A stretch of 35,752 nt of DNA, taken from assembly GCA_031414775.1 (NCBI GenBank), contig JANOQI010000064.1, positions 1-35,752 of the forward strand. Reading direction: 5' to 3'. The notes under the pieces were generated by a model. That model was not told the origin of the DNA. It was given only the letters and a program-made list of their open reading frames with translations, and ran no database searches. Position numbers and translations under genes: made by a program. Shown piece after piece: positions 1 through 8,546 of the stretch. The stretch comes from Synechococcales cyanobacterium VAR_4_metabat_354 (lineage in GTDB: Bacteria > Cyanobacteriota > Cyanobacteriia > Cyanobacteriales > Chamaesiphonaceae). Each line of letters opens with the position of its first letter. The stretch's first letter is position 1.

Positions 1-1
1 T

Positions 2-109
2 CGCATGTTTGCAGACGAAAGCGAGTTAAGGGAAGGAGTAATAGCTGCTATTGAGTCAAGAAATCAGAAAAACAAGATGCGTGTTGAACAGTTTTCATTA
101 GTCTCATGA
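2..109 (+). mobile_element. C-terminal end of an IS630-family transposase (runs in from the window edge)
   Basis: Manual translation RMFADESELREGVIAAIESRNQKNKMRVEQFSLVS* resembles the C-terminus of cyanobacterial IS630 transposases (GRMFEDE..L...I..R); a likely element end ACCTACTTA follows at 165-173. Confidence 0.55.
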
Positions 110-170
110 AGTATTATCTATCTCAATTAGTATTGAAATATTCATACTCTTTTTGTCTTGTATGACCTAC

Positions 171-411
171 TTACCAGAGAATATCATTTTGTTGTTTCAG
201 CCTCCTTATTGTCCAGAGTTAAATCCAATTGAGCACTTGTGGCAATACCTAAAATTTGATTTACGGTGGGCTTCTTTTAAAACCCTAGAGCAACTGCAAA
301 CTAAATTGGAGCAACTTTTGGCGCAGTTGACTCCTGAAGTGATTGCTTCCGTTACAGGATATCCCTTTATTCTGGATGCTCTATCTGTCGTGAATACTAC
401 TTAAATTGGTA
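171..411 (+). mobile_element. 3' part of a second IS630-family transposase (DDE domain C-terminal half) plus right end
   Basis: LPENIILLFQPPYCPELNPIEHLWQYLK matches the IS630 P.YSPELNPIE..W motif; stop at 402-404, then AATTGGTA and a TA target at 412-413. Confidence 0.8.
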
Positions 412-412
412 T

Positions 413-502
413 AAAAAGCAACTCTTTGAGCGGGATATTTACACCAAATATATCACTCCAGCTTTAGATCAAGATAATGAAGCAGTAGCTCGATCGATAT
501 AG
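413..502 (+). pseudogene. hsdR: N-terminal stub of an EcoAI-like type I restriction enzyme R subunit
   Basis: Manual translation KKQLFERDIYTKYITPALDQ resembles the K(S/Q)LSERDICTKFITPA N-terminus of EcoAI-family HsdR; start removed by the IS630 insertion; stop at 500-502. Confidence 0.6.
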
Positions 503-553
503 AAAAGTTGGGGAATGAAAAAGTCTTGATTCCTGTGTAAATTGGCAAAGATA

Positions 554-700
554 TTAAATGTCAAGCTTCGACGGGACAAACCAGCGTCGTGCCCCTTGAT
601 CCCATCGAGCGCCCAGGCACTTTGCGGCATCTTTTTGGGAGTAGGGGACGTTTAAGTAGGTTCGATCGGCTTTAGTAGGTGGGGGATGATTTTTGGGCAT
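554..700 (-). CDS. 48-aa DUF5710-like small protein (not in the ORF track)
   Basis: MPKNHPPPTKADRTYLNVPYSQKDAAKCLGARWDQGARRWFVPSKLDI*; YLNVPY..KD.AK.LGARWD....W.VP signature; ATG 1 bp after the nuclease stop. Confidence 0.7.
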   Translation of the reverse strand: MPKNHPPPTKADRTYLNVPYSQKDAAKCLGARWDQGARRWFVPSKLDI

Positions 701-701
701 G

Positions 702-1985
702 TTACTCCTCGATAAGACCGACTATCCAATTAACCCAGCTAATTACTGTTGAAGCACGCCGCTTATAGGTTGAGTCTGAATTCATTTTATATAATTTCAG
801 ATCATACATTATTTTAATAACCTCTTTTTCTGGTGGAGGAGTACTTCTAGAAAAGTATAGTTTTAGAGTATTTTGAAATGCAGAATGAGATAGAATTAGC
901 TTTATAGATTCAATTTTCCTATCAAAAATAGAAAGATTGAAGAAGCTCTCCCCTTTTTTTGTTAGACGTTGTACAGATAAATCGTTTTCTTTTATTGACT
1001 CAGCTAAACCTAAGTATTGGACGGCATTTGAATAATAGCCTGCTTGTCTTTCACTGAAATCATAGCTTCGGGTAATTTCTTCTTTTGATAGCGTACCTTT
1101 CTGTCTCAAAAGTTCACACAGATTAATAATACGCTCAAAAGAATCAGCCTGTGGAAATGGTACTTTGGGTTCATCTACTATTTTTATCTCGTTGAGAATT
1201 TGCTGAATCATTTCAGTGTTTATTCTTACGCTATCGTGAACTGTATACTTCTTTTGTTTGATTAACTGAAGAGAGTTGTAGTAATTATTATCAGTAAAAG
1301 CATATTCTCTAAAATGAAAGATACCATTTGTATATGTAAGGAAAATAGATCGTATTTTTTTTCCTATCTTCTGAGTCCATAATTTATGTGGATAAAATAA
1401 CTGTCTTACAAGAAAGTCATCGGAGATATAATTTTTAGCTTCGATTATACTTAGAGATTCATAACCCTCATAACCACCATCAATTTCAATTTGTGAATTA
1501 TCAACATTTACTTTGAGAAAACCTTTATTCATTCTAATATTAAAGTCAAATGAAGAAGAACTCATTCTTCCATTTACAGTTGAACATAAGACTTCTTCTT
1601 CGGTAAAATCTTGAATCATTCCTGCAATGAAAGCACAGTTTATTACTGTTGATTCGCTTGTGATATCTTCATAGTTTAAGCTCTCTAGGAATGAGGGAAA
1701 TTGTCTTCTATTAATTTCAACATCATCATAATTAAAATTATGGAATGTCTCAAATTTTCCAATGATGTACCCGCCTCTAGATACTGGAAGAATGGATAAT
1801 TTGTCCTCCTTAAATAATTCAGGAAGCTGAGATTTATGGTCAAACTTAGTCATCAAACGAGCCTCCCTAAACTCGTTTATATTACTTGACGATATAGCAA
1901 AGTAATTGGAATTTTCAAGAATACTTAATATCCGATACTTCTCAAATATCTTTTTCCAAGCTGCATCATTCTTAGAGTCAGTCAT
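702..1985 (-). CDS. Putative type II restriction endonuclease (PD-(D/E)XK)
   Basis: QIEIDGGYEG...IIEAKN catalytic-like motif; overlaps the stop of the upstream adenine methylase; AT-rich. Confidence 0.7.
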   Translation of the reverse strand: MTDSKNDAAWKKIFEKYRILSILENSNYFAISSSNINEFREARLMTKFDHKSQLPELFKEDKLSILPVSRGGYIIGKFETFHNFNYDDVEINRRQFPSFLESLNYEDITSESTVINCAFIAGMIQDFTEEEVLCSTVNGRMSSSSFDFNIRMNKGFLKVNVDNSQIEIDGGYEGYESLSIIEAKNYISDDFLVRQLFYPHKLWTQKIGKKIRSIFLTYTNGIFHFREYAFTDNNYYNSLQLIKQKKYTVHDSVRINTEMIQQILNEIKIVDEPKVPFPQADSFERIINLCELLRQKGTLSKEEITRSYDFSERQAGYYSNAVQYLGLAESIKENDLSVQRLTKKGESFFNLSIFDRKIESIKLILSHSAFQNTLKLYFSRSTPPPEKEVIKIMYDLKLYKMNSDSTYKRRASTVISWVNWIVGLIEE

Positions 1986-2811
1986 AATTTTTGATTAATA
2001 CTTCTTCAACTTGACCTCGCTTTTCACCATCTGAATTAACTGATCGATTAGCTTTTATGATATAAATTTTATAGTTTTTGTACTGCTCTTTAATAAAATC
2101 CGATGACGAATTAGATTGCAGGAATTTAACTCCTTTTTTATTAAGTCGGTCACAAGCTTCTCTCAATCTAATCTGTTCATTCATATCCCATCCACCTTGA
2201 ACATACCCAGTAAAATTAGAACTCTCAGACACTGGATGGTAAGGCGGATCTAAATATAAAAAGGATTTTTTATCTGCTTCTTGCAAAATCTCATCATAGT
2301 CAGAATTTCGCAGTTGGATATCATTTTCATTCAAGTAGTAGCTAACCGCTCTAAGAATTGGTTCATTCAAAATATTAGGATTCTTATATCTTCCAAAAGG
2401 AGAGTTGAACTCCCCAGAGCTATTGACTCTATATAAACCATTAAAGCATGTTTTATTGAGATAAATTACTCTGGAAGCTCTTTCTACATCTGTCAAATTC
2501 TTGAATTCTTTCGTCCTATCCATGCCTCGAATCCCATAGAAGTAAGCCGATTCATTTTTATGTTTAACTAAATCTACTAGAAGCCCTTCGACATCATCTT
2601 TTATAACTTTATATACATTTATCAGCTCTGAGTTGAAGTCATTTAATATAGCTTTTTTGGGTTGAAGATGAAAGAATACAGCTCCACCTCCAATAAAAGG
2701 CTCAATATAGTGCTTAATGCCTTTGGGCAGATACTGCTCGATTATGGACATTATTTGTCTTTTCCCTCCAACCCACTTCAAGAAAGGGGTGACTAATTTA
2801 TTTTTAGCCAT
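1978..2811 (-). CDS. Dam-family (D12 class) N6-adenine DNA methyltransferase
   Basis: KWVGGK, EPFIGGGAV (motif I), FNGLYRVN, LYLDPPY (motif IV). Confidence 0.95.
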   Translation of the reverse strand: MAKNKLVTPFLKWVGGKRQIMSIIEQYLPKGIKHYIEPFIGGGAVFFHLQPKKAILNDFNSELINVYKVIKDDVEGLLVDLVKHKNESAYFYGIRGMDRTKEFKNLTDVERASRVIYLNKTCFNGLYRVNSSGEFNSPFGRYKNPNILNEPILRAVSYYLNENDIQLRNSDYDEILQEADKKSFLYLDPPYHPVSESSNFTGYVQGGWDMNEQIRLREACDRLNKKGVKFLQSNSSSDFIKEQYKNYKIYIIKANRSVNSDGEKRGQVEEVLIKNYD

Positions 2812-2960
2812 TGTTATTAATGCTCTACCTGTAAATTCAAATTGGAGACTTCTCGTTGAATTGTCTCTATTTATGCCGAAATTTCTAGCAAGAATATAAC
2901 TATAATTATAACCTTTTGTCGCTAGTAGTTAAATGAATATTATGATACTCTACAGCTTAT

Positions 2961-3494
2961 TTAACTATTGCTGCCAGCCGGAGAAAAGGATTTGATGATG
3001 GCTTTAATAGGCAGAAAAAGTGAAAGAGGCTTGTCTTGAAATGGAATAAATTCATATTTTAGATAAAACTCTCTGGCACTTAAATCCATAGCATCTACTC
3101 TCACCGCGAAAATACCGACTTCTTGAGCAGCCTTCACAGCTCTAAGCAGTGCATCTACTAGCAACTCTCCCCCTAATCCTTGCCCTTTCACCGAGTTGTC
3201 AACAGCCAACTTCCCAATCAAAAATGCTGGAACCGGATAAGCTGGCATACTTTTCTTGGCGGACTCTGGCAAAGACTCAAACTCAATGATGCTGGCGCTA
3301 ACGGTATAAAATCCATTCACTTTTAATGGCTGGGATTTATCTACAGCAACAAAGGTTTTAGCAATTCCTTTTTCGTGGTTTTGCTTGGCATATTTCTTCA
3401 AGTAATCATTTAAGGCAGAGTAGCCACAGTCAAAATGCTCTCGCTGATATTTTTTATGGATAGCGACAAAATCCCATTTTTTCTCAATGTCCAT
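2961..3494 (-). CDS. GNAT acetyltransferase toxin (AtaT/TacT-like)
   Basis: FDCG...LNDYL, PVPAFLIGKLAVD..KGQGLG..LL, VDA, FY.KY.F; overlaps the DUF1778 gene. Confidence 0.9.
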   Translation of the reverse strand: MDIEKKWDFVAIHKKYQREHFDCGYSALNDYLKKYAKQNHEKGIAKTFVAVDKSQPLKVNGFYTVSASIIEFESLPESAKKSMPAYPVPAFLIGKLAVDNSVKGQGLGGELLVDALLRAVKAAQEVGIFAVRVDAMDLSAREFYLKYEFIPFQDKPLSLFLPIKAIIKSFSPAGSNS

Positions 3495-3768
3495 ATTTGC
3501 GCTGATATTGTTCGATCGCCGATTTGAGCTTTCCTTGAAGTTCTGGAGGATTTTCGATAGTGGACATGAATAAGTCTCGATCCCTGTCTGAGAGCACTAA
3601 TTTTTCTTGAGCAGCTATCTCTTCTTGAGCCAGGGGTAACAAGTGAAGAATAGTATAGGCACTCAAGGAAACTCCTTTTAAAGAGGCAGCCTTCTCAAGG
3701 AGTTCTTTTTGCTCTTGAGTTATTCTCAAGTCAATGCGGCTATCTTTAGCTGATGAAGTTTTCGTCAT
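3484..3768 (-). CDS. DUF1778 (RHH) antitoxin
   Basis: RIDLRITQEQKELLEKAA...SLSAY...LVLSDRDRDLF...ENPP. Confidence 0.9.
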   Translation of the reverse strand: MTKTSSAKDSRIDLRITQEQKELLEKAASLKGVSLSAYTILHLLPLAQEEIAAQEKLVLSDRDRDLFMSTIENPPELQGKLKSAIEQYQRKYGH

Positions 3769-3898
3769 GGGGAAACTATGTTGAATTCCAATTATCTACA
3801 TTATATTCAATCTGGGCGGGAAATGTACACACAGATTTGATAAATATGAAATAACCAAAGTTTTCTATCCACCAAGAGAGTGCGGGAAGTTTGGGAGT

Positions 3899-3978
3899 CG
3901 CGTCTCTTCAGAGCGCGGAGGAAAGACAACTCGTGCGAATAACCGAACAAAGCCCAACTTCTTAAAAAAGTTGGACTT
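3899..3978. repeat. Two short palindromes at the right edge of the AT-rich island
   Basis: CGCG-T-CTCT-TC-AGAG-CGCG (3899-3917) and AAGCCCAACTT-N7-AAGTTGGACTT (3950-3978). Confidence 0.45.
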
Positions 3979-4021
3979 CTGATATCGTTGAGCATTAACG
4001 ACAATTATTCAAAAAATTTCC

Positions 4022-4657
4022 ATGCAATCGATCGCCGATCTCCGCCAAGATTACACCCTAGCTGGCCTAGAAGTAGGCGACCCCAGTCCCTTTTCTCAAT
4101 TTCAACTGTGGTTCGAGCAAGCTATCGCCGCCCAAATCCTCGAACCCAACGCCATGACTCTGGCCACCGTCACCACTGAAGGCAAGCCCCACGCCCGGAT
4201 TGTCTTGCTTAAAGGTTTTGACGATCGAGGATTTGCTTTCTATACCAACTTTGATAGTCAAAAAGGTCAAGAACTGAGCCAAAACCCACATGCTGCCCTA
4301 GTTTTTTTATGGAAAGATTTGGAACGACAGGTACGCGTCACCGGAAAAATTGAGCGGGTGGCCGATGCCGAAGCCGATCAGTATTATCATAGCCGACCCC
4401 TAGGCAGTCAATTAGGGGCTTGGGCTTCACCGCAAAGTGAAGTAATTCCTGATCGACAGTTTTTAGTCGATCGAATGGCTCAGTTTACAGCTCAATACCA
4501 AAACAAAAAAATCCCTCGCCCAGCGAACTGGGGAGGGTTACGAGTAGTACCGTCAGAAATTGAATTTTGGCAGGGGCGGCCTAGTCGTTTACATGACAGG
4601 TTGCGTTATCAATTACAGCCAGCTGGTACCTGGCAGATCGATCGGCTGGCTCCTTAA
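4022..4657 (+). CDS. pdxH: Pyridoxamine 5'-phosphate oxidase
   Basis: LRQDY, EPNAMTLAT, ARIVLLK, FYTN..S.KG, ERQVRV, EFWQGRPSRLHDR. Confidence 0.97.
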   Translation: MQSIADLRQDYTLAGLEVGDPSPFSQFQLWFEQAIAAQILEPNAMTLATVTTEGKPHARIVLLKGFDDRGFAFYTNFDSQKGQELSQNPHAALVFLWKDLERQVRVTGKIERVADAEADQYYHSRPLGSQLGAWASPQSEVIPDRQFLVDRMAQFTAQYQNKKIPRPANWGGLRVVPSEIEFWQGRPSRLHDRLRYQLQPAGTWQIDRLAP

Positions 4658-5703
4658 GCTAACCGATAAAATTCCTTAGATTCCCGAGAATATCCCCAGG
4701 ACACCCCTTCCGGATCGCGATTCCTTGTCCACTCCGCAAAGCTGACATCCGATCGCCGCTTGTAGATGGTACTGGCATGAACATCTAGGCGTTTAGCCAA
4801 ATCAGCTTGGCTAATTATCTCTCGCTCCAATTCACTGCTAACTTCTAGATTTACCGCTACTTCTTGGTCTTCAACTTCCGTGTGTTCGGCGTTAAAAACA
4901 CTGCGTAGGGCTTGGCCAAAAGAGGAAACAGGGATAGTTTGCACCGGTTCTGGCAGCGGCTCGATCACTGATTGCACGGGAGTCTCCGTAAAATCAGTAG
5001 CGACTGGCTCAGTAATCAATTCCACTGTCGTTTCGGGAGCTATGGAGTCGATCGCTTGCTCCGTGGTGGACTCGGTACTAGTTTCTGGAATTAGCTCTAC
5101 AGTGGTTATTGTTTCAGAACTGACTGGCGGAACCGCTGCTACTTCCACCAAGGGAGCTATTTGAGCCGTTTCAGTTGTAGCAGTAGGTGGAGATAGAATT
5201 TCTACTGGTGGCTGTTCGATTGCTGGTATGGCGATCAATTCGGGCATTAACCGTGCAACTGGAGGAGCCTCAAAATCGAGCTTCTGAGTAGCAGTAGGAT
5301 TGGGGTTGATCCCAGTGAAAACATTTTCTAGGGAGTTGAAGGTCAAAAATTTATAAACTACGCCCTGATTGTCCGAGCGCTGGCTAGTGCCACCAAATTC
5401 GATAGCTTTACTATGTAGATAGCGACTTGCTACTTTGCCAGAAATGTTAGCGCGGACTGATAACTCTAGAGGAGTAATAGAACCCTGTTTTTCGATAATC
5501 AGTTGATTAAATAGAGGATTGACTTGCTGGGAGAGTTTGGATAGTTGATAGCTTTGCCACAGGTTATTGCCAGTAAATAGCAGTGCAGCACCCATGATAA
5601 ATGGCCAAGCTACAGACACAAACACAGCAAGAAATGCCACTGGAATCAGAATCAGTAAAAATCCTGATGCAGTATTGTTGTGTTTAACCGTTTGTTCAGG
5701 CAT
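4654..5703 (-). CDS. Hypothetical membrane protein with Pro/Glu/Thr-rich linker and C-terminal HTH-like domain
   Basis: N-terminal hydrophobic segments; low-complexity middle; ISQADLAKRLDVHASTIYKRR. Confidence 0.75.
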   Translation of the reverse strand: MPEQTVKHNNTASGFLLILIPVAFLAVFVSVAWPFIMGAALLFTGNNLWQSYQLSKLSQQVNPLFNQLIIEKQGSITPLELSVRANISGKVASRYLHSKAIEFGGTSQRSDNQGVVYKFLTFNSLENVFTGINPNPTATQKLDFEAPPVARLMPELIAIPAIEQPPVEILSPPTATTETAQIAPLVEVAAVPPVSSETITTVELIPETSTESTTEQAIDSIAPETTVELITEPVATDFTETPVQSVIEPLPEPVQTIPVSSFGQALRSVFNAEHTEVEDQEVAVNLEVSSELEREIISQADLAKRLDVHASTIYKRRSDVSFAEWTRNRDPEGVSWGYSRESKEFYRLA

Positions 5704-5804
5704 TTGGCCTTTAATTTTTCAAGTATGTTGATGCCAAAATATTTTAGGTGATTCTTGTACCAACTAACAGAATACGCTGCAAATAGCAACATTCTGCAAT
5801 ATTT

Positions 5805-6686
5805 TTAGACCCAATTCAAAATCTCTGTAGCCGTGATTTGGGGCTGCTCTAAGTGGGGAACATGGCCACATTTTTCAATCCAAATCAATTGACTATCAGG
5901 CAAATTCTGTTGAAACTGATTGGCATCCTTAATCCCCAGAATTTTATCGTTTTCTCCCCACAAAATTAGGGTGGTTTTTTGGATATTTGTCAGTCGATCG
6001 CCATAGTAACCATAGCCGCCACTTTTGGTAAAGGTAATGACAGCATTACTCCAGTTTTCACATTGCAAATGCAGCGCCGCACACAGCTGGGCATCGGGGC
6101 TAGCCCATTTTTGATCGTAGTAGGCAGCTTGGCTAATGCGTTGTCGGACACCCTGATTACTCAAAAAAGCGGTGGCTAACCTGTCGATCGGTGGAAACAT
6201 CAACTTGCCCGTGGCCGGTGGTTTGGTAAAACCAGCACTGTCGATCAGTACCAATTTGGCCACTGCTTCAGGATGGGCGAGGGTAAAGTCGATGGCGGTG
6301 GCTCCACCCATCGAAGCCCCTACTATGATCATTGGTCTTTGAATGGTGGTCTGCCAAAACTGATAGAGATGGGTCTGAATTAGTTCGGGGCTGTAGCTTA
6401 AACCGGGTAATCTTTCAGTAAAACCAAATCCTAATAAGTCTACTGCCCAAACTTCCATTTCTAATTTGAGCAGCGGCAGGAGCCGCCGAAATTCTAACAC
6501 CGAGCTATCAAAGCCATGAATTAATAAGAGGGGAGTGCCGCCGCTTCCCTGCTTGATGTAGCTAGTTCCGATGGATGAGGAAGTACCGGTCATCGGTACC
6601 GACTGAAATTGAATTTTTTGAAAGAGATCGATCGAGGTTGGTTCGGTTAATTGTTGCGCAACGGCAATTACGGCACTAGATAGCAT
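5805..6686 (-). CDS. Alpha/beta fold hydrolase
   Basis: LIHGFDS, DLLGFG, GASMGG nucleophile, ILWGEND, CGHVPH; ATG at 6686 preferred over 6734. Confidence 0.9.
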   Translation of the reverse strand: MLSSAVIAVAQQLTEPTSIDLFQKIQFQSVPMTGTSSSIGTSYIKQGSGGTPLLLIHGFDSSVLEFRRLLPLLKLEMEVWAVDLLGFGFTERLPGLSYSPELIQTHLYQFWQTTIQRPMIIVGASMGGATAIDFTLAHPEAVAKLVLIDSAGFTKPPATGKLMFPPIDRLATAFLSNQGVRQRISQAAYYDQKWASPDAQLCAALHLQCENWSNAVITFTKSGGYGYYGDRLTNIQKTTLILWGENDKILGIKDANQFQQNLPDSQLIWIEKCGHVPHLEQPQITATEILNWV

Positions 6687-6724
6687 TAAGGCTGGGGGAG
6701 AGAGCAACCCAAATTTTACCAAAA

Positions 6725-6754
6725 TTGCCCTCATCCCAGATTGGGAAAGGGCAA
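6725..6754 (-). terminator. Hairpin downstream of the YkvA-family gene
   Basis: TTGCCCT..TCCCA-GAT-TGGGA.AGGGCAA stem, followed by a short T-tract on the minus strand. Confidence 0.45.
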
Positions 6755-6773
6755 ATATTTCTATTTAAATGTT

Positions 6774-7082
6774 CTACTTACTAACTGAATCTACTGGCAC
6801 AGCGTCAATATCGATCGCATTACTGGCAACAGTTTCAGCCTCGGTATTTGATCTTTTGCTGTTTTCTTTGAGCTTAGCAGCAGCTATTTGGGACAATTCG
6901 GCTACCAACAAACCAATCACAATGGTGTCATCGAGCCAACCCACAATCGGAAAAACATCAGGTGAGATATCGATCGGACTAACCAAATAAGCGATCGAAG
7001 CAGCTACGACCCACCAACGATATTTGGGGTTTTGCAGCAGACCACGATACCAGTTGTAAAGAGATTGAATGGAGAAATTCAT
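6774..7082 (-). CDS. YkvA / DUF1232 family protein
   Basis: YLVSPIDISPDVFPIVGWLDD signature. Confidence 0.9.
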   Translation of the reverse strand: MNFSIQSLYNWYRGLLQNPKYRWWVVAASIAYLVSPIDISPDVFPIVGWLDDTIVIGLLVAELSQIAAAKLKENSKRSNTEAETVASNAIDIDAVPVDSVSK

Positions 7083-7379
7083 GAGTTAGTTAACCTGGTT
7101 GGTTCAACAATTAACATCATGCCAGATAGTCTCCAGGGCGATGGGGATGTAAACAACACTTCCAAATTAGTAAATACCGTCCGGTATTCCCAGGGTCAGA
7201 GTAATATGAGCCTTTTTGAAACGTTTGCAGGCGATGATTACATTTCTCGGACAGTTGTAGTATATTCTTGGGGAAGTAGGATCTTCTCAGAGAAAAATAG
7301 GGTATTATTAATCTATCACTTAATATAAATAAAAATTATTTTAGGTGTGTGGAGTTGTATTTAGGAAATTAAACTAATC

Positions 7380-7823
7380 ATGAAAAAGATTCTATCAATC
7401 GTTGCGTCTGCTGCTTTGTTATCTGTGGCCACTCAGTTGCCTAGCCAAGCCCAAAGCAAAGATAGCTATATTGGTGCCACCATTTTATTTGGCGGCGGCG
7501 ACAGCATTTTTGGTGTTAATGGCAAATTTGGTGTTGCCGAAAGCATCTCGATCCGACCAGTTGTTGCTTTTGCTTCCGGCACTACCGTTTTTGGTGGTTC
7601 TGCGACCTATGACTTCAACCTACCTGGTCAATCCAGTACTAAGTTCGATCCCTTTGTTGGCATCGGCTTCTTGACTGCGACTGGTGGCGGCAACGGCATC
7701 GCTTATGCTCAAGTTGGAACTGATGTTGGTGTTAGCGATAATATCGTTCTTAATGCCGATCTGAAAATTCCTCTGAATGGTGGCGGTACTTTAGTTGGTC
7801 TTGGCGCTGGCTTCAAGTTCTAG
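7380..7823 (+). CDS. Small outer-membrane beta-barrel protein
   Basis: Signal peptide (PSQA|), alternating beta-strand pattern, C-terminal GAGFKF. Confidence 0.8.
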   Translation: MKKILSIVASAALLSVATQLPSQAQSKDSYIGATILFGGGDSIFGVNGKFGVAESISIRPVVAFASGTTVFGGSATYDFNLPGQSSTKFDPFVGIGFLTATGGGNGIAYAQVGTDVGVSDNIVLNADLKIPLNGGGTLVGLGAGFKF

Positions 7824-7838
7824 AACTATTTCATAGTC

Positions 7839-7880
7839 CTGAAATAAAAAGCCTCCTAGATGGGGGCTTTTTTATTTCAG
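7839..7880. terminator. Bidirectional intrinsic terminator
   Basis: CTGAAATAAAAAGCCTCC-TAGAT-GGGGGCTTTTTTATTTCAG between convergent genes. Confidence 0.85.
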
Positions 7881-7884
7881 TATT

Positions 7885-8463
7885 TTAACGGGCTGGCCAG
7901 CCATTCCCAAATGTGGTGTAGAGAAATACTACCAAAGCTGATAGAGACAATAGACCTTGTATCAAGAGACCAACTATTGATCCAACCACAATGCCAATAC
8001 CTGCTTTTAGCGATTTTTGCAGTCGATCGATCCCCGACAAGTTGGCTTCCCTTTGTAAATAAAGAAGTTCTCCGGCTACAGCACCGATAAAAGGGCCAAA
8101 GAAAATTCCGAGCAAAGGTCCACCAATCGGTAAGGCTGGTAACAAGCCAAAGATGCCCAATCCCAAGCCCACCATCGAGCCAATTTGACCCCAGTGGCTA
8201 GCGCCAGCCTTCTGGCCACCCCAAATTCCGGCTAAGTATTCGATCGCAAAACACAGCGCTAGCACAACTAGAGAAACAACTAGAGCAGTAGTGACTTGTG
8301 GCCAGCCGTAGACAAACCCGGCGATGATCACCGCTCCCACAATCAGGCTGGGTCCGGGAATAGCCGGAATAAATGCTCCCACCACCCCCAACAGCATGGT
8401 GGCAACCAATAGCCAATAGATGAGTACTGGTATCCAGCTAGAAATTTCAGTAGATAGATTCAT
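7885..8463 (-). CDS. DUF456 family membrane protein
   Basis: GVVGAFIPAIPG, GGQKAGASHWG, GPFIGAVAGEL. Confidence 0.88.
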   Translation of the reverse strand: MNLSTEISSWIPVLIYWLLVATMLLGVVGAFIPAIPGPSLIVGAVIIAGFVYGWPQVTTALVVSLVVLALCFAIEYLAGIWGGQKAGASHWGQIGSMVGLGLGIFGLLPALPIGGPLLGIFFGPFIGAVAGELLYLQREANLSGIDRLQKSLKAGIGIVVGSIVGLLIQGLLSLSALVVFLYTTFGNGWPAR

Positions 8464-8546
8464 CAGACTTGGTGAATTTCTTGACGATAAGTTGGTGAGT
8501 TTTACTCTCCTTATTATGACAGTTGCCGGGAATGTAATGCTAGCGG

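Noticed and set aside
153..170. ORF-track start of the 83-aa transposase (MSCMTY)
   Set aside because: These codons come from the end of the inserted IS; transposase-like sequence begins at 171.
653..661. TAAGTAGGT, the reverse complement of the putative IS end at 165-173
   Set aside because: It lies in the T-Y-L codons of the DUF5710-like ORF, faces outward and is only 9 bp.
7032..7328. 98-aa plus-strand ORF between YkvA and the beta-barrel gene
   Set aside because: No recognisable motif; it overlaps a divergent gene start and spans an AT-rich promoter region.
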